NCBI GenBank assembly: GCA_000830295.1
Contig: CP010425.1
Location: forward strand, 704,001 to 768,000
Direction of reading: 5' to 3'
Origin: an archaeon GW2011_AR15
Lineage (GTDB): Archaea > Nanobdellota > Nanobdellia > Woesearchaeales > GW2011-AR15
DNA length: 64,000 bases
The position numbers and the translations under genes were made by a program. The notes under the pieces were generated by a model. It ran no database searches. It saw only the letters and a program-made list of their open reading frames with translations, and had not been told where the DNA came from. Positions 59,251 to 64,000 of the stretch are shown piece after piece (position 1 is the first letter of the stretch; each line of letters starts with the position of its first letter).

Positions 59251-59661
59251 ATGGATCTATCAGAACTGACACTGATTCTGCAGGTATCAATAGTGCCGGT
59301 CGCCCTTATCTCGGGAATAGGGCTTATCATCCTTTCCATGACAAACAGGCTCGGGAGAATCATGGACAGGATAAGAGCGCTGATCGGCAACAAGAAAAAG
59401 AGGCAGCAGGCGGATATGCTTTACAGGAGGGCAAAAATAATGCAGCGCGCTGTGATACTGGGAAGCATCAGCATATTATTTGTTGCAGTTCTCATAATAA
59501 TGAATTTTCTGTTTCTTATCCTAAGTGTGAACAGCGCAGTTATGACCATACTAGTATTCTCGCTTATTCTGGCCCTTCTTATAGTGTCCCTGTTTCTCTT
59601 TATCTAAGACTTGACTTTATCATTAAAAGCAATAGAGTTAGAAATAAAAGACAGTTTATGA
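59251..59661 (+). pseudogene. DUF2721-like membrane protein with an in-frame TAA near the C-terminus
   Basis: PVALISGIG..MTNRLGRI.DR.R; the frame continues past TAA (59605) as DLTLSLKAIELEI. Confidence 0.55.
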
Positions 59662-59670
59662 AGTAAAGAA

Positions 59671-59772
59671 AAAGTGGGACTTCATTGATTCTCATCAAGC
59701 CTTTAAGAAAAGCCTTGAGGGAAACAAATCCGGTTCTGTTAACAAGTTAACAGAACGACAAAATTAAAAAAG
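59671..59772 (-). repeat. tRNA-Phe-linked element ending in a degenerate copy of the tRNA 3' end
   Basis: aaagtgggacttcattgatt versus aaagtgggacctcagggatt; contains perfect inverted repeat gttctgttaac-aa-gttaacagaac. Confidence 0.75.
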
Positions 59773-59882
59773 TGGGACCTCAGGGATTTGAACCCTGGAC
59801 ACCACGGTTACTAAATTCTCACCAGTTACAGACTGGTGGTGGTGCTTCAGCCGTGTGCTCTCCCAGGCTGAGCTAAGGTCCC
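59773..59882 (-). tRNA. tRNA-Phe(GAA) with a 36-nt canonical intron (59809-59844)
   Basis: GGGACCT acceptor stem, CACGG-CT-GAA-G[intron]A-CCGTG, GGTTCAAATCC. Confidence 0.92.
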
Positions 59883-59930
59883 GCCAATGCCCTGAAATTA
59901 AGCACGATTTAAATTGTTTTCTATAAGCAG

Positions 59931-60854
59931 CTACAATCTGTACTCGACAGGCAGATGGAAGAAGCCGGAAGGTGATTTGTAATTGTCAAGCGGAAATTTT
60001 TTCAGGCCATGCTTCACAGCCGCTATATCTGGAATTGCAAAAGATATGGGCCTGCCGTAGTCGGCATTTTCAACTCCGCTATCTTTTTTATAGTGGGCTA
60101 TCCAGTACAATTTTTTCCCTTCGTTATTGAGGGTTAGTCTGAACAAATGAAGTTTTTCTCCTTCTTTATCTAAGACAGTGTATTTTCTATCTCCTGAAAA
60201 AGCCACTTCAGCGATGAGGTTCCAGAAAAAAATAAGCCCCCCATTCATTCGGTCTATATCAGGATTCCTTTTTCCTTTCAGCCAATTGAACATTGGGCTT
60301 ATCTTATCACTTGCCTGAACAAAGCCATAGACAGGCCCGAAATCACCTATAAGCAGGCCTTCAAGATGGTCCAGCTCATGATGGGCGTATCTTGCCTGGT
60401 CTTTGCTGCTGATAGATATCTCCTCTTCAATCCCTTTTTCAAGAACATACCCTGACAATACCATGCTTTTTGGCCTTGCTACAGGCATATAAGGCTCCCC
60501 AAGAGAGCCGCAGCCCTCAAGAAAGTCTGCTTTCTCATATTCCTCTTTAGAGATTATCTCCGGGTTTACTACCGTAATAAACCTATTTTTTGCAGAATAA
60601 TCAGGATTAGGTATCTGCATCATCCTTAGAGGCCGTTCAGTTTCTTTCCAGTAGATATTCTGTGAGGCTACAGCGTTCCACTTCTTTTTTGTTCTGAATT
60701 CTGTCATGAGTTTTGCAAGCTTCTTTACAAGCCCCATCTCAGTATTGGTATCAACGTGCATTGCAGGAGTCCTGACCCATTTCGCATATTCTATGCTCTT
60801 ATACACGTCGCAGACATCCGCTCCTGTTTTTAGCGCAAGCATTGATTTGAACAT
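59931..60854 (-). CDS. Peptide deformylase-like protein with C-terminal extension
   Basis: VNPEII, EGCGSL, VARP, HELDHLEGLL; motif 1 is degenerate. Confidence 0.75.
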   Translation of the reverse strand: MFKSMLALKTGADVCDVYKSIEYAKWVRTPAMHVDTNTEMGLVKKLAKLMTEFRTKKKWNAVASQNIYWKETERPLRMMQIPNPDYSAKNRFITVVNPEIISKEEYEKADFLEGCGSLGEPYMPVARPKSMVLSGYVLEKGIEEEISISSKDQARYAHHELDHLEGLLIGDFGPVYGFVQASDKISPMFNWLKGKRNPDIDRMNGGLIFFWNLIAEVAFSGDRKYTVLDKEGEKLHLFRLTLNNEGKKLYWIAHYKKDSGVENADYGRPISFAIPDIAAVKHGLKKFPLDNYKSPSGFFHLPVEYRL

Positions 60855-60896
60855 CAGGAGAAGAACTATGAGGCTAAATTTAAAACTATCAGAAAA

Positions 60897-61223
60897 TCAG
60901 TTTGGCAAAGCAATAAGAGTCTCAAGAGGAACATAGAATCTTGATACTCTGTGTTCGCCGGTGTCATTAATCCCGACAAGAACATATCTCTGGTTATTTT
61001 CCTCAAGAAGTATCGGGGATTTCCCGTCATTCGACATTACTCCAACCTTTACAATTCCGTCTCTTACTTTATCGTCAAGAGGCATATCTTTTGGGGATAC
61101 ATCAGTCCGATTTACATAAATTCCCGTTATTCCGTCCTTTGTATGAAAAGTCACAAAATACTCATGGCTGAACATTCCCGGACCGTATTCCGTGTAGATA
61201 TAATGGTTTACTTCATCACCCAT
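60897..61223 (-). CDS. Hypothetical protein
   Basis: 108-aa beta-rich ORF with a TATA-like tract upstream. Confidence 0.55.
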   Translation of the reverse strand: MGDEVNHYIYTEYGPGMFSHEYFVTFHTKDGITGIYVNRTDVSPKDMPLDDKVRDGIVKVGVMSNDGKSPILLEENNQRYVLVGINDTGEHRVSRFYVPLETLIALPN

Positions 61224-61285
61224 GCAGTGTCCAAAGGAAATGTTATATTTAAATCTTCATAGTTTCCAAAATAATGTTTAGAAAA

Positions 61286-61399
61286 TAAGCCTCCGAAGAT
61301 ATCCTCACTTGCGTTCGGAAACCTTTCGGAGTCTTTAAATTAAGCCTCCGAAGGGTTAAGTCACTTTCGTTCCTGAACCCACGTAGCCTTAATAAATTA
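61286..61399 (-). repeat. Two tandem units of about 56 bp, each ending in the tRNA-Thr 3' end
   Basis: taagcctccgaag at 61286, 61341 and 61398. Confidence 0.88.
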
Positions 61400-61500
61400 A
61401 GCCTCCGAAGGGAATTGAACCCTCGACCTGCGGATTGCTCCCAACCTTTTCTTAAAAGGCTGTTACAAGTCCGCCGCAATAGCCGCTATGCTACGGAGGC
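61400..61500 (-). tRNA. tRNA-Thr(TGT) with a 28-nt canonical intron (61436-61463)
   Basis: GCCTCCG acceptor stem, GCGGA-CT-TGT-A[intron]A-TCCGC, GGTTCAATTCC. Confidence 0.92.
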
Positions 61501-61555
61501 ATTTTTGCCAAAGTAGCTTTCGAAAATCCTTGATTTTCGATGTGCTACGGAGGCA
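61501..61555 (-). repeat. 54-bp unit duplicating the tRNA-Thr 5' end
   Basis: tgctacggaggca at 61489 and 61543; inverted repeat tcgaaaatc-ctt-gattttcga between them. Confidence 0.8.
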
Positions 61556-61600
61556 CGTATATTCAGGATTAAAAAGCCATTTAAATAAGTTTTTAATATT

Positions 61601-62272
61601 TCAGAACCACTGCTTCTCTTCAGACATCCTTTTCCTTGCTTCTGAAACCCTGTTCAGCTCTAGATAAAACTTGAGGTCTTCTACAAATCTTTCAGCTCTC
61701 CTCCTCAGCTCTATCTCCTGTTCCCTGAACCTGTCCTTATAGATCATTCTCAGGAAATACTCATGCAGCACTTTCCCGAGTGCAAATTTTGAATTGTCGT
61801 TGAACCAGCCGTTTATGTCAATCTCAAGTATTGAGTTGAACCACATCAGGAATTCCCCTACATACGGCTTTATCTTTTTTCCCTTGTACATTATCTCTAC
61901 ACGTTTCATATTAGTCGTTAGGACGTCAATATCCCACCTGTACCTGAAAAAGGGGTGCTCTCCTGCTATTCCGCCATGGTTATTTCTCAGGCGCCACCAC
62001 CACCTTATCTCCTTGTGGCCCTGCTGGTCCCTGTATTCTCCATAGAAATCCTCTATCCACTTCCGGTCGCCGACACTGTGTATTGACGTCCATCCTTCCT
62101 CTGTAAGCCAGTGGTGCATAAATCGGTATATATTCTCAAGATGGACTATCCTGACTTGTTTTATCTGTGTGCTGTATACAAGAAGGTTGCCTTCTGTCCA
62201 GGAGGTGTCTTCAGGAGGGGGTGCCCACTGGGTCCTTACTCCGCCGGGATGCTTAGGGGTCCAAATAGTCAT
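61601..62272 (-). CDS. Hypothetical protein
   Basis: 223-aa Trp-rich ORF with a TATA box upstream. Confidence 0.6.
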   Translation of the reverse strand: MTIWTPKHPGGVRTQWAPPPEDTSWTEGNLLVYSTQIKQVRIVHLENIYRFMHHWLTEEGWTSIHSVGDRKWIEDFYGEYRDQQGHKEIRWWWRLRNNHGGIAGEHPFFRYRWDIDVLTTNMKRVEIMYKGKKIKPYVGEFLMWFNSILEIDINGWFNDNSKFALGKVLHEYFLRMIYKDRFREQEIELRRRAERFVEDLKFYLELNRVSEARKRMSEEKQWF

Positions 62273-62390
62273 GCTATATCTAACAGGGAATGTGCTATAT
62301 AAAAGTTTCGGAAAAATGTATACTAGTTTAGATAATAGCTTATACTAGAAAACTCATTAATTTATATTCCAATGCCAATTCACTCTCCGC

Positions 62391-63134
62391 ATGGTAAACT
62401 TCTGGAAGCTCGTGAATAAGGTAATAAAAGAGGCTGATATACTCCTTCTTGTATTGGATTCCAGGATGCCGGAGCTCACAAGGAACAGGGAGCTGGAACA
62501 GAAGATCGGCAGCAAGAAGCTTATCTATGTACTTAACAAATGCGACCTTATCCCTAAGGATGAGATGGAGGAGGTAGCCAGGAAATACAGTCCATCAGTC
62601 TTTGTCTCAAGCAGGGAAAAGCTAGGAGGGACGCTGCTGTTCAGGAAGATTATGGAATTGTCAAGAGGAGAGCCATGCATCGTGGGAGTTATAGGCTACC
62701 CAAATGTCGGCAAAAGCTCAGTCATCAACCTGCTGAAAGGCAAAAAATCAGCTTCCATCAGCCCACAGTCAGGGCATACAAGAGGCATACAGTTTATCTC
62801 TGCAAAAGGCAAGATAAAATTAATAGATACCCCGGGGGTATTGGAATTCAGCGAAAAGGAAATTATGAAGCAGATAATGATAGGCTCAAAGAACCCGCAG
62901 CATGTCAAAGAGCCGGATTACTATGCGGCAAAGCTTATTGAGCAGTTCCCGAAAATGTTTGAAAAGCATTGCGGGCTTGAATATGCAGGGGACCCCTATG
63001 ATTTCCTGGAGAAATTTGCCCTGAAAAGCAATACGCTTGTCAAGGGCGGAAACCCGGATATGAACAGGATTGGCCGCATGCTTTTGCAGGACTGGCAGAA
63101 AGGCAAAGTGCACGAGAAGTTTCTGGAAAACTAA
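62391..63134 (+). CDS. Circularly permuted GTPase (YlqF/RbgA family)
   Basis: DSRMP, NKCD (G4) before GYPNVGKSS (G1), GHT, DTPG. Confidence 0.92.
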   Translation: MVNFWKLVNKVIKEADILLLVLDSRMPELTRNRELEQKIGSKKLIYVLNKCDLIPKDEMEEVARKYSPSVFVSSREKLGGTLLFRKIMELSRGEPCIVGVIGYPNVGKSSVINLLKGKKSASISPQSGHTRGIQFISAKGKIKLIDTPGVLEFSEKEIMKQIMIGSKNPQHVKEPDYYAAKLIEQFPKMFEKHCGLEYAGDPYDFLEKFALKSNTLVKGGNPDMNRIGRMLLQDWQKGKVHEKFLEN

Positions 63135-63247
63135 TAGATTAAAAGGGTAAGCAACACCAAAAAACCAGTTGTTTTTCTATTAAAACAGCTGGAAAACCAA
63201 ATAATTTATATGATGGATTTACTTCCTACCTCTTATAAGGAGTAAAT

Positions 63248-63847
63248 ATGGCTGAAGCAATTAACCCAGAAACAAAAACAAATCTGCATCTAAATGTTAA
63301 AGATCCTGTTTCAGAAGGGAAAGTAACGCTTACCAAAAATGAGCAAAAAGTGCTAAAGCAGATAATTATTAAGGAAAAGCTATCAGACACTACTATAGCA
63401 GGCAGTATGAAGCTTTCCCAGCAGGCAGTTAACCAGATTAGGTCAAAGCTGGAAAACTTAGGCGTGATTAAAGGGTATTCTCCGATAATAGATTTTGAAA
63501 AAATAGGCATTACTGTTATCATTTTAATAGGTATCAGGCTTACACATAAAGTTTGGGAGAATAAGAAAGAATGGGAAATTGAACAAAACCTAAAGAAAAT
63601 CCCTTTTATCTTTGAAGCTTATAGGATAGCCGGCCAGGATATCTCCCATGTACTATGCATGGGATTTAAAGATGACATTCAAAAAGATAAATTCATAAAA
63701 AAACTTCAGACTATATATGAAGATCAGCTGAACCTTAAGTGGAGTTATTCTTTTTCTGCTAAAGATATAATACTACAGGATCAACTTGGGCTGTTGTATC
63801 AAATTATTGATAAAAAAGATTTTGAATTCGAAAAATTATTCTTGTAG
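63248..63847 (+). CDS. Lrp/AsnC-family transcriptional regulator
   Basis: LSQQAVNQIRSKLENLGVIKGYSPIIDFEKIG. Confidence 0.85.
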   Translation: MAEAINPETKTNLHLNVKDPVSEGKVTLTKNEQKVLKQIIIKEKLSDTTIAGSMKLSQQAVNQIRSKLENLGVIKGYSPIIDFEKIGITVIILIGIRLTHKVWENKKEWEIEQNLKKIPFIFEAYRIAGQDISHVLCMGFKDDIQKDKFIKKLQTIYEDQLNLKWSYSFSAKDIILQDQLGLLYQIIDKKDFEFEKLFL

Positions 63848-64000
63848 GTTCAATGTGTTTTAGTTCACAATTTTTAATGCTGTAAATCTTGTAGACTACT
63901 AGCGATTATTTATGAATTCATGGCTTCTTATAAATGAATATGGTGAATCATAAAAACCCAATAACGACCTGTTGGTGTTGCAAAAAGAGCTTTGACGGCA

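Noticed and set aside
19421-59661. Stop-codon reassignment suggested by aRF1 NIKD plus one in-frame TAA
   Set aside because: TAA, TAG and TGA all terminate confidently identified genes at their expected lengths
61286-61412. CRISPR mini-array
   Set aside because: The repeat is only 13-20 bp and equals the tRNA-Thr 3' end, the spacers resemble each other, and there are no cas genes in the window
61249-61479. 76-aa ORF containing RRLNL repeats
   Set aside because: It overlaps tRNA-Thr and its 3' repeats; the peptide repeats are a by-product

Overview
Archaeal genomic window: TFB, aRF1, aIF-5A, L40e, NMD3, Taw1, Bud32, a Hel308-type helicase, TATA-box promoters and intron-containing tRNAs. The gene content and many orphan ORFs suggest a DPANN lineage such as Woesearchaeota (inference). 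Main blocks: (1) 1-8216, a LysW-dependent alpha-aminoadipate lysine operon (lysW-hcs-hacA-hacB-hicdh-lysX-lysY-[Ntn hydrolase]-lysZ, cut by the window edge) with a divergent ACT-type gene; (2) 8.2-37.6 kb, housekeeping and tRNA-modification genes mixed with orphans, including a tandem pair of proteins ending in Gly-Gly and a BatA/vWA operon; (3) 37.7-53.2 kb, a copper/metal-redox island with CopA, a multicopper oxidase, DsbA, DUF411, DUF302, rhodanese, a c-type cytochrome, an unannotated metallothionein-like peptide, two proteins ending in MVGGC, four membrane-anchored wHTH regulators and a shared GTTTCA promoter motif; (4) 57-64 kb, a Hel308 helicase lacking its N-terminal ATPase domain and three intron-containing tRNAs (Ile, Phe, Thr), each flanked by short hairpin elements that duplicate tRNA ends. 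Best leads: a gamma-glutamyl-hydrolase-like Ntn enzyme that may replace LysK, the tRNA-linked hairpin element family, and the metal-island regulon. All calls come from motif recognition only; no searches were run.
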